Made by a program: the position numbers and the translations under genes. DNA of 64,000 nucleotides. Source: a virus (Duplodnaviria > Caudoviricetes). Of this stretch, positions 43,763 through 54,189 are shown piece after piece (position 1 is the first letter of the stretch; every line of letters begins with the position of its first letter). The notes beneath the pieces were generated by a model. That model was not told the DNA's origin, searched no databases, and saw nothing but the letters and a program-made list of their open reading frames with translations. Where the stretch lies: IMG/VR virus record IMGVR_UViG_3300048631_000217; one strand, written 5' to 3'.

Positions 43763-46263
43763 CCGAAAAAATCCTCTAGAGTGGCAACATGCTCCAACTG
43801 CCACCCAACCACATCGGTAATGGCACGAATCGGCCCGAGAAACGCCTTTTCAAACTGAGTGTCGAAGTCAACAAATTTCTGAATATCATCAAACCCCGCC
43901 GGTATCCCGTCAGGAAAGGCAATGATGTTGGATCGGACAGGATTAGGCATGACCAGATAAGCGAATCGGATCTTGTCACCATTCCGCAGCATCTGTAGGC
44001 TCTTATCAAGCCCCCTATTGGCAACCTCACGATTAAAAACCAATGCCCCCCTCACATGCGCAGGACATTTAGGTTTCCATCCATGCACATGATCATAGTA
44101 TTTCGTGATACCATTCACCCCGCGCGGGAAGGCGATTTGTTCAAAAGGTAAGGTCTTGAACTTTTTTCGGAAATTCTCGACAAAGGCAATGATTTCGTCA
44201 TTGTCGCCTGACATGATTATTTTCAGGGCACCTTTCATGGCCTCACGACAGGCGGCGGGAGTGGATGATTTGACAACCTCGATACCCATATATTTCAGTT
44301 CGGGTTCGGGAAATGCCACCCCCTCATTGTTCCAGACATTCAAGACATAATGTTTCTTGCCTGTCCACACACCTCTATCCGCGATACATTCACGCTTCAT
44401 CTTCATCATCTGTCGGAACGCATTCACGTAATCCGCCAGCTTCTGATAGGATTCGTCAATATACGGCTCAAACGCCTTAGAGCATACCTTGTCCAGATAA
44501 TCGACTATCTCTTTCTTGTCACTGCCATCTGGATACCTTTTGGTGACGATATCCGCCATGTTGATATAGATGGAGTCCGTATCGGATGCAATCACATAGT
44601 CAACCCCGTCAGTCTTCAGTAAACGATTCATATAGGCATTGATATCACGTTCAATCCACCGAATCGACAATTGACCGGCCATGGTCACGCTTTCGGCATG
44701 ATCAGGGTTGAACCACCGGAAGTATTGATTGGCCAATGCACCATATGCTGAGTTTAATTGGACCTTACGCGCCCCCTGAGCCTTATCATAACGGACATGT
44801 AGTTTCTTAGCATCCAAATCACCTGTTGCCTTATAGATACCTTTTTGCTCTAGCGACATGGATTTGTAACGTTTACGTTCCGTATACAGCTTATCCATCA
44901 ATTCGCCTAGGAATCCCTGCCCTTCCCTATTCCAGACACATCCATTGGGGGTAATGGTCACATTATCGTCTATCAACTCTTTCCGCATCGCGGCTAAAGA
45001 ACCGCCCAATACGTTATCTACCGTCACCCCGTCCCGTTTCTCGACAAACTTTTCTGGGGAAATGTTGTAGCCTGATATCAGGTGCGGATAGAGTGAGTTA
45101 AGGTCGAATGACACGACCCAATCATACGCCCCCGGAACAGGGTCTTTCACATACCCGCCCGAGATCTTGTTGAAGTATTGGGAAGTCTTTTTCTGTGGTA
45201 CAACGATCTTTTTGTTCATCAGGTAGTTGTGGATAATCACATCCCACATACGCACTGACGTTAACGCATCCACGAAATTGATCTTGGCGTCATAGGCAAT
45301 GCTTATAGCCAAGTCGATGTATTTCAACTTGTCTTCGAGCATGTCAATCAATTCGGTATCGCGGATGTTGTATTCCGTGAATCTTTGGAAATCGTTCACA
45401 TAGAATTCATGCAGGCTTCCGTATTCAGAATAGTCAAGCTTCTTTTCGCCTAATTCAAGTTCACCGATGAAATCAAGCTTGTAGGATTCCCGAACGCTGA
45501 GGGTGAATTTCTTGTAAAGGGCCAGATAATCAAGAACCGCCAATCCCACCACATCAATCGTCAGTGACTTGTTGCCGTGTGAATCATAGGTATACCTATC
45601 CATGCAGATACCCCATGGCGACAGACGCTTTGCCCACGAGTCGCCCAAGACACGGGTAATCCGTCGAAACAGGTAAGGTACGTCGAAAAACTCGATATTC
45701 CAGCCTGTCAGGATATCGGGGTCAAGTCGTTCGTAAGACAGGATGAATTTCCTAAGAAGGTCTTCTTCATCATGACATTTGATATAGATGACGTTATCCC
45801 TGTCTGTGACAAAATCACCACATCCAAGTACGATGAATTTCTTGCGATCAGACAAGGTAATCAGGGTGACTTCCTTGTCCGCCGTCTCGATATCCGGGAA
45901 GCCGTCATCGGACATGGTTTCGATATCGGTCGATACCACATTGATCAGGTCAGTATCATACTGGACCTCACCTTCCCAACGATCATTGATATACGGATAC
46001 ACGAAATCCGTCATACCATAGACGTTGAATCCAGCCACATCCTTGTAGCGGTCAATGAAATCCTTTGCGTCACGAATAGACTCGAAAGGAATCTTCTCGA
46101 CAAATCGGCCCGAAATGTTCTTGTATTCACCCTCACCCTTGTTCGAATCGACAAACAGATAGGGGCAGTAATCATGTTTGAACGAAAGCCTTCGCCCGTT
46201 CTGAATAGAACGGACCAAGACCTTGTTACCATATTGCTTGGCATTCAGGTAGAAATCAGACAT
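43759..46263 (-). CDS. Family B DNA polymerase (T4 gp43-like)
   Basis: DIET, GWN..FFD, YNIRD, SFDLNSLYP, K..LNSAYG, SDTDS. Confidence 0.97.
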   Translation of the reverse strand: MSDFYLNAKQYGNKVLVRSIQNGRRLSFKHDYCPYLFVDSNKGEGEYKNISGRFVEKIPFESIRDAKDFIDRYKDVAGFNVYGMTDFVYPYINDRWEGEVQYDTDLINVVSTDIETMSDDGFPDIETADKEVTLITLSDRKKFIVLGCGDFVTDRDNVIYIKCHDEEDLLRKFILSYERLDPDILTGWNIEFFDVPYLFRRITRVLGDSWAKRLSPWGICMDRYTYDSHGNKSLTIDVVGLAVLDYLALYKKFTLSVRESYKLDFIGELELGEKKLDYSEYGSLHEFYVNDFQRFTEYNIRDTELIDMLEDKLKYIDLAISIAYDAKINFVDALTSVRMWDVIIHNYLMNKKIVVPQKKTSQYFNKISGGYVKDPVPGAYDWVVSFDLNSLYPHLISGYNISPEKFVEKRDGVTVDNVLGGSLAAMRKELIDDNVTITPNGCVWNREGQGFLGELMDKLYTERKRYKSMSLEQKGIYKATGDLDAKKLHVRYDKAQGARKVQLNSAYGALANQYFRWFNPDHAESVTMAGQLSIRWIERDINAYMNRLLKTDGVDYVIASDTDSIYINMADIVTKRYPDGSDKKEIVDYLDKVCSKAFEPYIDESYQKLADYVNAFRQMMKMKRECIADRGVWTGKKHYVLNVWNNEGVAFPEPELKYMGIEVVKSSTPAACREAMKGALKIIMSGDNDEIIAFVENFRKKFKTLPFEQIAFPRGVNGITKYYDHVHGWKPKCPAHVRGALVFNREVANRGLDKSLQMLRNGDKIRFAYLVMPNPVRSNIIAFPDGIPAGFDDIQKFVDFDTQFEKAFLGPIRAITDVVGWQLEHVATLEDFFG

Positions 46264-46268
46264 ACCGA

Positions 46269-46787
46269 TTATCGCCCGGTTGAGCCGACACCCCCGACGC
46301 GATCAGTTTTTTGGGACGGTTCAACATAACTTTCGACCAGATTGACACGATTTGTCTTGACGATTTCACCTTGGGCAATACGATCTCCGTGACTGATTTC
46401 AACATCTACATCAGAAATGTTGAACAAACTGATATAGGTTTGATGCACATAATCCGAGTCAATGATACCTTCGGCATTGGCCAGTGTCAATCCAAACTTG
46501 ATTGCGATACTGGATCTTGGATGCACTCTCAAGTTTTGAGTGGGGGCAAGATCGAATACAAGCCCGGTCGGGATAAGCGCCCGGTCGCCCGGTCGAATAT
46601 TGAATCTGCGGTTAAATACAGTCCCGTTAACGGCGGCATTAGTCTTGTCAAACACTTTCACTTCTTCACAATCAAGACACGCATATAGATCAAAACAAGC
46701 CGAACCAGAGGTTCCGTAAATCGGTAGAATTGCTTCATCGCTCAGCTTGTAGATTTTAACTTCTTCCATAACAATAACCTCTTTCAC
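46269..46787 (-). CDS. dut: dUTPase (trimeric)
   Basis: SACFDL, PRSS, GIIDSDY, RIAQ, GGVGSTG. Confidence 0.93.
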   Translation of the reverse strand: MKEVIVMEEVKIYKLSDEAILPIYGTSGSACFDLYACLDCEEVKVFDKTNAAVNGTVFNRRFNIRPGDRALIPTGLVFDLAPTQNLRVHPRSSIAIKFGLTLANAEGIIDSDYVHQTYISLFNISDVDVEISHGDRIAQGEIVKTNRVNLVESYVEPSQKTDRVGGVGSTGR

Positions 46788-47173
46788 TGTTTTTTACCAA
46801 TGGTGTATTTTGACACCAGTTCCCAATTCGTCTTGTCTTTGAATGGGATGATCGTGACAACCGCCTTTTCGCCCAGACTCCGCATTTTCGACACGATCCT
46901 AATCAATCCCCAACTCTCTAGAAGATTTACAATCTCATACAACCTACTCAAATCAGTATCGTCTATATCCGCAGGTTTCCCGTCCAACCTAAACATCTGT
47001 TTGAAATGGACGATGTAGTATCTACCTCTCTTGTGCAGAATGTGACAGGATTGCGTCAACCTTTTCCTGTTTCTAGACGCAACCCCGATCCGTGTCAACG
47101 TCTCTTTTACCTTCAGAAAGTTCTCTTGATCCGTTAATTCTACCTCAATCAGATCCCCTAGCACGTCTTTCAT
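46784..47173 (-). CDS. regA: Translational repressor RegA
   Basis: FLKVKETLTRIG, QSCHILHKRGRYYIVHFK. Confidence 0.95.
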   Translation of the reverse strand: MKDVLGDLIEVELTDQENFLKVKETLTRIGVASRNRKRLTQSCHILHKRGRYYIVHFKQMFRLDGKPADIDDTDLSRLYEIVNLLESWGLIRIVSKMRSLGEKAVVTIIPFKDKTNWELVSKYTIGKKQ

Positions 47174-47561
47174 TAACACCACCTTTATCTTGTTCTTTTT
47201 TCATGGTTTCTAGTTGTTCCTCGGAAAGCAGGGTCATGTATTCGTAACCGATACGCCTGTTGCACCCGTAACGTTCACATACGATATCCAATGTTTCCGT
47301 ATCCAGTTTCTTCGGCCAAGCGCCACCATAACGTTTTGCTGGCCTTACGGTATTTAGCAGGTATTCGTATTGCGCACGATTCGGTAGATGATGATAGAGA
47401 TTCATTTCATTGGCGAATAGGATCGTATCTACGTGCATGGACAGGGCCATATTGGTAAGGTATGGGACATAGGCGCTTTCGGCCAATTCGTCGTTTTCTG
47501 TTCCCCGCATCAGGTTAGATTTAGTGGTGCAAATGTCATTTACATAATCAAAGGGTTTCAT
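47145..47561 (-). CDS. Clamp loader small subunit (gp62-like)
   Basis: DTILFANEMN; position between gp44 and regA. Confidence 0.9.
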   Translation of the reverse strand: MKPFDYVNDICTTKSNLMRGTENDELAESAYVPYLTNMALSMHVDTILFANEMNLYHHLPNRAQYEYLLNTVRPAKRYGGAWPKKLDTETLDIVCERYGCNRRIGYEYMTLLSEEQLETMKKEQDKGGVNERRARGSD

Positions 47562-47754
47562 GGGTATCCAAATCCGCCTGTCTATCGAATTCCGCCGTAC
47601 ATTCCTCGCATAGAGGGGCTTCAGAAAACTTCATTTGACCATCATCGAAATAACGATACCGAAGCACCGAAGCCGGTTTCTTGATACTTTTGTCACATTT
47701 TAGACACTTCTTACCGCGCCTAAACACTCTCATTATCCGCCGAATCACTTCCAT
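47548..47754 (-). CDS. Small Zn-finger protein between gp44 and gp62
   Basis: CLKC...LCEEC; overlaps both neighbours. Confidence 0.55.
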   Translation of the reverse strand: MEVIRRIMRVFRRGKKCLKCDKSIKKPASVLRYRYFDDGQMKFSEAPLCEECTAEFDRQADLDTHETL

Positions 47755-48683
47755 TGTACGGTCGCCATAATCATTGCCAAAGCCGCCGAACGGTTGATGG
47801 CCGAATTCGCGACAAAGGCTTCCTTATACTGGTATTCCGCTAGGATGTTGATAGCATCCGCCACACTGGATTCATTGGCCAACATGTCAGGTAGCATATC
47901 GTATAGACGCGAATACAGGTAAGCCGAGTCGATATCAAGGTTCTCGCTCACCCATGACCTGATTTCCGAGAATCGCTTACCCTTCATGGATGCGATAAGA
48001 GGTTTGAAGATGTTGTGATTGCGGGCCGCGATGATACCGGAGTCAATCTTGCCGACTGCACTATATCTCTGCAATTCATTAAGACAACGCCGCCAATCCG
48101 GGAAGAACACCTTGACCGCCGCCGCTAGGGCCTTTGCGTCGAATTCAACCCCTTCCTTGGTCAAAATGACCTTGGCCCGCTTGAAGAATTCCAGCGCCAG
48201 CTTGTCACCTTCATCTTTGGGAATCTGGAATGAAATCAGGCTACACCGCGATTGCAAAGGGTCAATGATCCGATCCTTCAGGTTACATGTCAAGATGAAC
48301 CCGCAGTTTTTAGAGAATTCTTCCATGAAATTGCGCAAAGCGGGCTGTGTAGAATTGGGGTTTAGGTAATCGGCTTCATCTAGGATGACGTATTTCCGCC
48401 CACCTTTTAGCGACATGGAAGATGCAAATTGCTGGATATCGTTCCGTAACGTGTCGATGCCCCCATCTTTCGAAGCGTTGATGACCTTCACATCGGCACC
48501 GATTTCGTTCAAAACCGCCTTTGCGGAAGTTGTCTTGCCGATCCCCGGCCCGCCGCTTAACAGGAGATTCGGGACATTCTTCTGCTGTACAAAGGTGTTA
48601 AGGGTCTTCTTGATCTCACTCGGCAGGATCGTATCGTCCACAGTCTTAGGACGATACTTCTCTACCCATAAAAATTCTTGCAT
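47745..48683 (-). CDS. Clamp loader large subunit (gp44-like)
   Basis: WVEKYRP, GPGIGKT, DEAD, SRC. Confidence 0.96.
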   Translation of the reverse strand: MQEFLWVEKYRPKTVDDTILPSEIKKTLNTFVQQKNVPNLLLSGGPGIGKTTSAKAVLNEIGADVKVINASKDGGIDTLRNDIQQFASSMSLKGGRKYVILDEADYLNPNSTQPALRNFMEEFSKNCGFILTCNLKDRIIDPLQSRCSLISFQIPKDEGDKLALEFFKRAKVILTKEGVEFDAKALAAAVKVFFPDWRRCLNELQRYSAVGKIDSGIIAARNHNIFKPLIASMKGKRFSEIRSWVSENLDIDSAYLYSRLYDMLPDMLANESSVADAINILAEYQYKEAFVANSAINRSAALAMIMATVQWK

Positions 48684-48845
48684 TCAATTACTCCGTATCT
48701 GTTCCCGAACCCTGTTCATCAGAAATTGCCATAACTACCCGTGCCCGTAAAGAGGCTACCGAAGCCATTTCATCACCACGAATAGCCCCACGCTGAGCCA
48801 TGGCGTCAATGAACTTCAGCATGTATTCCAAATCTTCCTTGTCCA

Positions 48846-49502
48846 TTATTCTGCCTCCAAACTGATCCAGTATTGAATATCTTCCCCGATGAAATGTGCG
48901 ATACCTTTAGTAGAGATAGACACATCATAATCATTCGGCAGAAGCTTCAAATTCTCGGTACGGATGTAAACCGCAGCATCATCGGCATTCACCTGCACAT
49001 CATCAAGAGTGACCGAATAGCTATCGGCAGTAGGGTTCTTGCGATCAACGGCTTTCATGACTACCGATCCACCGGACACGACAAAAGAAATTTCCGGTAG
49101 ATGTAGCACATTTGCCGCCTTGATAACCGCTTGCAGATCCTTCCATGATACCTTTGCCTGCAATTCGGGCGACGGTACTTTCAGATCCTTGGAAGGCGGC
49201 GATACCAGCATATCCGGCGATGTATAGGTGTAGGACACACTACGGTTGTCGTCCGTAATCTCGAATGCGCTATCGCCGAATTGGACTTCCGGGCTAGCCC
49301 CGAACAAGGACAGTGTGGCAAGAAAACGCGACAGGTCATAGACTGCCGCATCACCCTCAAATGTATCAGGCACAACAGCACTCGCCACAATCGTCTTCAT
49401 GTTCGACACTGTACGGATACCTGTACCTTTCTTGAACATGACGCTTTGATTGATTGCCGAAAAGTTCTTGAGAACTTCTAAGGTTTTTTCACTGAATTTC
49501 AT
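48846..49502 (-). CDS. Sliding clamp (gp45-like)
   Basis: LKNFSAINQS, YDLSRFL, ENLK. Confidence 0.93.
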   Translation of the reverse strand: MKFSEKTLEVLKNFSAINQSVMFKKGTGIRTVSNMKTIVASAVVPDTFEGDAAVYDLSRFLATLSLFGASPEVQFGDSAFEITDDNRSVSYTYTSPDMLVSPPSKDLKVPSPELQAKVSWKDLQAVIKAANVLHLPEISFVVSGGSVVMKAVDRKNPTADSYSVTLDDVQVNADDAAVYIRTENLKLLPNDYDVSISTKGIAHFIGEDIQYWISLEAE

Positions 49503-50425
49503 TTTCTACCTTTCATGGCCTTGCGGCGTTCCTTGCGGTTCTTGAACCCATCCGCCGCTTGATTGAGATCTGGTTGGTTACTATAGCTTTTCTGATTCGA
49601 TTTGGCGTCTGCGGTAGGGCTGGACTGAATCAACCCCATCGCCCTCACGCTCCCACCAAACGTATAAGTGCCGACATGCTGTAATTCCATCCAAGGACAT
49701 AGCCACACTTTCATACCAGCCTTTCGGACGTTCTGGCAGAACATGTAATCCTCAGACAGATACCTTCGGGTTTCGGGGTCGATTATCGTGTCAAAGAAGG
49801 CGTGAATATCCCGAGACCCGTCGAAATTCGCATCCCGAACATGGTCCGGTTTATACCGCAGGTCGGGATAGGCTTCAACGTATTTCTCAAATACCCCGCG
49901 ATGAATCATCATGAAACCCGTGCCGGTTTCTGACACTTCGACAGGTTCATCTACCCGGAATGATTCCTGTCCCGCGACATTATTGAACACGAAGTCTCCA
50001 ATAAAGGCACTCAGTTCGAACGGGTTTGACTTACCGTACCCCATATCGGAAGCCTTTTTGACCTTTTCCCAAGCAATCGTCTTTTTTGGGTATGGACCGG
50101 CTACGATATCATAGCCATTATCAGGGCCGCAAAGGTGCATTAACAAGAACACATCCGACGCATTGAATCCGATATCGGAGTCGATGAATAGTAAATGAGT
50201 GCAATCGGAACGCAAGAACGAATCGACACAATAGTTTCGGGCACGGGTAATCAGTGACTCGTTAAAGAGGTAATAGAACCTAACGTCAAGCCCATTCGCC
50301 CCGGAGATCTTGGCCAATTCATTGGTACTCTTGTTATAGATACCGGCACATTGCCCACCATACATGGGGGTTGCTACCATCAGTTTCTTGTCTTTTAGGT
50401 CATCTGTCGTAACTGTCAATTTCAT
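49499..50425 (-). CDS. GT-A glycosyltransferase-like protein
   Basis: ATPMYGG, ESLITRARN, FIDSDI, TGFM, YLSEDY.FC. Confidence 0.8.
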   Translation of the reverse strand: MKLTVTTDDLKDKKLMVATPMYGGQCAGIYNKSTNELAKISGANGLDVRFYYLFNESLITRARNYCVDSFLRSDCTHLLFIDSDIGFNASDVFLLMHLCGPDNGYDIVAGPYPKKTIAWEKVKKASDMGYGKSNPFELSAFIGDFVFNNVAGQESFRVDEPVEVSETGTGFMMIHRGVFEKYVEAYPDLRYKPDHVRDANFDGSRDIHAFFDTIIDPETRRYLSEDYMFCQNVRKAGMKVWLCPWMELQHVGTYTFGGSVRAMGLIQSSPTADAKSNQKSYSNQPDLNQAADGFKNRKERRKAMKGRK

Positions 50426-52137
50426 ACTATTTCTTCAATCTCCGAAAAGTTTTTCACTTTGTTGACTTTAAGTATCCGCTGAAACTTGTCGTAATACCCT
50501 TCACCCTTATGCGAGATAATGTAGATACTGGTATCCTTGGTAACGTTCCTGATGATTTTGAGGAAATCATCAGTGCCAGATTCATCAAGCGATGAATCAA
50601 GGATTTCGTCCATGAATAGGATGTTCGCGGAAATGCTGTTACGCATACGGGCAATATCCCGCCATGTAAAGAGTAACGCTAGGTCAATTCTAAGCTTTTC
50701 GCCTTCCGAGAAATTGAAGTAGCTGAAACTATCCCTATGCCGTGACTTGATCGTTTCATTGAATTCCTCGTCAATCTCCATCTGAACAAACAGGTCCATT
50801 TCAGATAGATACTTGTTGATACTGGCATTCATGACAGGGATGTATTGCTTGATGATATTGGCCTTGATACCACCATCTTTCAGTAGCATTGCAGCGTATT
50901 TATAACGCTCCGATTCAGCCGTTTTCGTATCAACAGATTTCTTCAGTTTATCGTGTTCCTTGGCAAGCCTCTTGATATCCCCTTCATCGACCGTTTCCGG
51001 TTCTTTTGATGAATCCTCTATCTCCCTTCGGATAGACTTGATGCTCGTTTGGTGAATCTGGATATTGGAATTGTTACGGGAAATGGCGAATTGTTCCTCG
51101 GAAATACGGTTCTGCACTTCCGATATCTCATCAAGTCGTCGTCTTACACTATCAAGTTTTTCGGCAAGTTTCTTGGCCCCTTCGTTCAACTTCTGGTATT
51201 CATCACGTCTCGAATCGGCTATAGATTTCTTGAAGTCCTTGGCGATAGGTTGTCTGCATGTCGGGCAGTCATCATTGCGATTGTAGAAGTCAACTTCTTT
51301 CTTGATGGATGATTTTCGGGTGTCAATCTTGGTCCCGTAACTCTCCAATTCTCGCAGTTTATCGTTGATATCGCTCCGATCCTTGATCTGTTCCTGTAGC
51401 GAATGAACAGACTCCGATAGACGGCTGTTATCATCTTCAAGCTGTTTGATTTGACTCTCAAGTTCTGCAATCCTCTCATTAAGCTTCCCTACTTCTGCCG
51501 ATTTCATGTTTCGGATCTCGGCAAGATGCGCCTTCAACGTATCAAGTTCCCGCTTGGTAATGGACAAGGACGTTTCCAGCTTGGTCAATTCATCCTTGTT
51601 GACCTTTACACGATCCTTCAGGATACTATTCATCTTTCCGAAAATCTGGATATCCAGAAGGTCTTCGATAACCGCACGTCTTTCCGGCAATGTCAACTGC
51701 ATGAAGGGGGTAAAGGTGCTAGCCCCCAAGACGACAATCTGTGTGAATGCCTTGTAGGACATTTTCAGGATATCGCGTTCAAGCCGTTCCTGATCGAACT
51801 TGGCGGATGATTCCTGACTGATAACCTCGTCATTCTTGACGATTTCGAAGACATTAGGCTTGATACCTCGTCTGACGAGATAGTTCGCTTTTCCGATTCT
51901 AAACTCTACCTCGACCAGCAATTCTTTCTTGTTGATGCTGTTGACAAGATTGGGTTTGTTGATCTTGCGGAAAGGCTTGTTATAGAGTGCAAAGCACAAG
52001 GCGTCAAGGATCGTTGACTTGCCTGCACCATTGGTCCCGACAATCAAGTTGGATTGTGCGTGGTCGAAATCGACTTCACTAAAGACGTTGCCGGTTGACA
52101 AAATGTTCTTGAACCGTAACCGCTTGAAAATAATCAT
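50422..52137 (-). CDS. Recombination ATPase (gp46/Rad50-like)
   Basis: GTNGAGKST, CPTC hook, FSEGE, MDEI. Confidence 0.96.
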   Translation of the reverse strand: MIIFKRLRFKNILSTGNVFSEVDFDHAQSNLIVGTNGAGKSTILDALCFALYNKPFRKINKPNLVNSINKKELLVEVEFRIGKANYLVRRGIKPNVFEIVKNDEVISQESSAKFDQERLERDILKMSYKAFTQIVVLGASTFTPFMQLTLPERRAVIEDLLDIQIFGKMNSILKDRVKVNKDELTKLETSLSITKRELDTLKAHLAEIRNMKSAEVGKLNERIAELESQIKQLEDDNSRLSESVHSLQEQIKDRSDINDKLRELESYGTKIDTRKSSIKKEVDFYNRNDDCPTCRQPIAKDFKKSIADSRRDEYQKLNEGAKKLAEKLDSVRRRLDEISEVQNRISEEQFAISRNNSNIQIHQTSIKSIRREIEDSSKEPETVDEGDIKRLAKEHDKLKKSVDTKTAESERYKYAAMLLKDGGIKANIIKQYIPVMNASINKYLSEMDLFVQMEIDEEFNETIKSRHRDSFSYFNFSEGEKLRIDLALLFTWRDIARMRNSISANILFMDEILDSSLDESGTDDFLKIIRNVTKDTSIYIISHKGEGYYDKFQRILKVNKVKNFSEIEEIV

Positions 52138-52166
52138 CACCACCTCATAGTTTTTTCACAAAAGTA

Positions 52167-52218
52167 TTGACATAGAGTGAGTCATACCCTATATTAATCA
52201 TGTAAGCGATAGAAAGGA
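52167..52218 (+). promoter_or_regulatory. Early promoter cassette
   Basis: TTGACA-N17-TATATT; 52187-52218 identical to 57001-57032. Confidence 0.85.
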
Positions 52219-52225
52219 ATACCTG

Positions 52226-52519
52226 ATGGGCCGTTCGTATACTCCCAAATACCGCGTCGAATACCGGGACAACACCATGAACCGTCTCGGCACCGACCGC
52301 ATTTTGTCTTACGACGCGAAGCGTTACGGCAAGCCGACCGATGCCAAAGCCGAAGATTTGCGCCGTGCCTTGAACAAATCCTTCAATGTCGGCGGGGTCA
52401 ACTGGCACGTATCCGAAGCCGCCGGTGTTGTCGTGTCGGTCAACCGTCTCCGCATCATCAACCAGCGTTCGGGGCAGGTAGTGGCCGAATCGAATGCACC
52501 GATGTTCGAAGTAGTCTAA
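52226..52519 (+). CDS. Early hypothetical protein inserted between gp47 and gp46
   Basis: Own promoter and AAAGGA SD. Confidence 0.8.
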   Translation: MGRSYTPKYRVEYRDNTMNRLGTDRILSYDAKRYGKPTDAKAEDLRRALNKSFNVGGVNWHVSEAAGVVVSVNRLRIINQRSGQVVAESNAPMFEVV

Positions 52520-53544
52520 AGAGCATTCGCCTCTTTGTAAAGGTCGGAAATCAGATCGTAAAGGCCCGGCACTCGGGCCTTTTCTTGTACCGCATCCACG
52601 CTTTTCTTGATGATGGAAAGTGTATCTTCGGTGTTTTCGACATCATCAAGAACCGGCATATCCATCGCGGTAGTGCGATCCACCAAGGTAAGGTCATAGG
52701 CACCGGCATTTTCGACACTCTCACGGAAGGTATCCAATGCCGATTTATCCTTGGAGTCCGATACGATCACCCTCACGAACTTTTCTGAAAACTGGTCATA
52801 GTCCATCGTATCGACTTCGGACTCATCATACTGACAGAGCATGAACAGGTCTTTCGGGTTTTGAACGAATTCGATATCCAAGGTGTCTGTATCAAAGATG
52901 TGGAACCCTCTTGCGCCCCCGCAATCGTTCCAATCCATCTGATAAGGTGCCCCGAGATACCGCACGTTACCTTGCTGGCCCGGTAGATGAAAATGCCCGG
53001 AGAAGACTTGTGCGAAATTCTTGAAAAGCGTTTGGGACAGGCCATGTTCGGCCTTGTGCCCTCGCGTCATTTCGAACCCGTTGATCTCGAAATGACCCAT
53101 GACGATACCGGATTGAGTCTGGTCTAGGGCATCCATGCAAGCCGAATGATTGTCACGGCTGATCCATGGCACCAGCAACATGCCATCTACATCAAGCGGT
53201 TCGTCAACGATATGAACGATGTTGTCGAATTCTTCTGTAACTTTAGCCGAATTGACTCGATTCGTATCCTTGTAATATACATCATGGTTTCCCATGATCC
53301 AATACATTTTGATACCCATCTGACGTAACGGGACCAATACCCGTTCCTTTACCTCTTTCACAACCGCGATGTTGATATTGCGTCTCTGGTCGAACAAATC
53401 CCCCATATGCACGACCGTATCAATACCCTCTTCGGATAGCTTGGGCAGGAACACCTTTTCGATGAATTCTAGTTGGTGCCTCAGAAACCTATCGTTTCCC
53501 GAACGAACACCGAAATGTGTGTCTGTGATAATCGCTAACTTCAC
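52516..53544 (-). CDS. Recombination nuclease (gp47/Mre11-like)
   Basis: TDTHFG, GDLFD, GNHD, GHFE, SGHFH. Confidence 0.96.
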   Translation of the reverse strand: MKLAIITDTHFGVRSGNDRFLRHQLEFIEKVFLPKLSEEGIDTVVHMGDLFDQRRNINIAVVKEVKERVLVPLRQMGIKMYWIMGNHDVYYKDTNRVNSAKVTEEFDNIVHIVDEPLDVDGMLLVPWISRDNHSACMDALDQTQSGIVMGHFEINGFEMTRGHKAEHGLSQTLFKNFAQVFSGHFHLPGQQGNVRYLGAPYQMDWNDCGGARGFHIFDTDTLDIEFVQNPKDLFMLCQYDESEVDTMDYDQFSEKFVRVIVSDSKDKSALDTFRESVENAGAYDLTLVDRTTAMDMPVLDDVENTEDTLSIIKKSVDAVQEKARVPGLYDLISDLYKEANAL

Positions 53545-53581
53545 GTCAATCCCCTATAACAAATTCTATGATAGAATAGAG

Positions 53582-54091
53582 TTATTGTGTGTCTGGTCCA
53601 GCCTCTTCGGCAAATTGATCCAAGGGGCCGGTTCTTTGTTGCTTTTCGGCAACAGTCTTTCGTTGCAAGCTTTCTTCGAAATTCTGGATGAAGTCGCTGA
53701 TATGGTCATAGCTAAGGTCGCTGTCATGGTGCATGGCCGATAGCTTGTACCGCTTGTACAACTCCTTCTTTTCCGTCTTGATTCGTGTGAGAAAGGCAAA
53801 CCATATCACACGGGTAAAGTATGCGAAAGGGTTTTGTGACTTGTCTGGTGTGAAATTGTCAACTGCCTGAATGGCCGTCTGGATGCCATCCGAGATCATT
53901 TCATCCTTGAAGACGTAGCCACTGAAGTTCGGACGGGATGCCAGCCGGGTTGCGATCTTGTAGATACATTCGCCGATATACTCAGGAATCTTGGGTAAAG
54001 GCTTGCCAGCCGCTTCGCATGATTCCCTATCTGCAATGTACCTTTCCATCTGTTCTAGGAAATCTGCATTATTCACGTAGTTTTTAGCCAT
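53582..54091 (-). CDS. Late sigma factor (gp55-like)
   Basis: YVNN..F, EMISDG, NPFAYFT. Confidence 0.95.
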   Translation of the reverse strand: MAKNYVNNADFLEQMERYIADRESCEAAGKPLPKIPEYIGECIYKIATRLASRPNFSGYVFKDEMISDGIQTAIQAVDNFTPDKSQNPFAYFTRVIWFAFLTRIKTEKKELYKRYKLSAMHHDSDLSYDHISDFIQNFEESLQRKTVAEKQQRTGPLDQFAEEAGPDTQ

Positions 54092-54119
54092 GTTATTGAT
54101 ATTCCTTGATTCTTTTCTG

Positions 54120-54147
54120 TTGACAGGTTTTCGGGGGTCGGTATAAT
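54120..54147 (+). promoter_or_regulatory. Consensus sigma70 promoter with no downstream plus-strand ORF
   Basis: TTGACA-N16-TATAAT followed by an AT-rich tract. Confidence 0.6.
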
Positions 54148-54189
54148 CGTTATTAACGCAATGAAGAATTATATAATTATTATAGAGTC

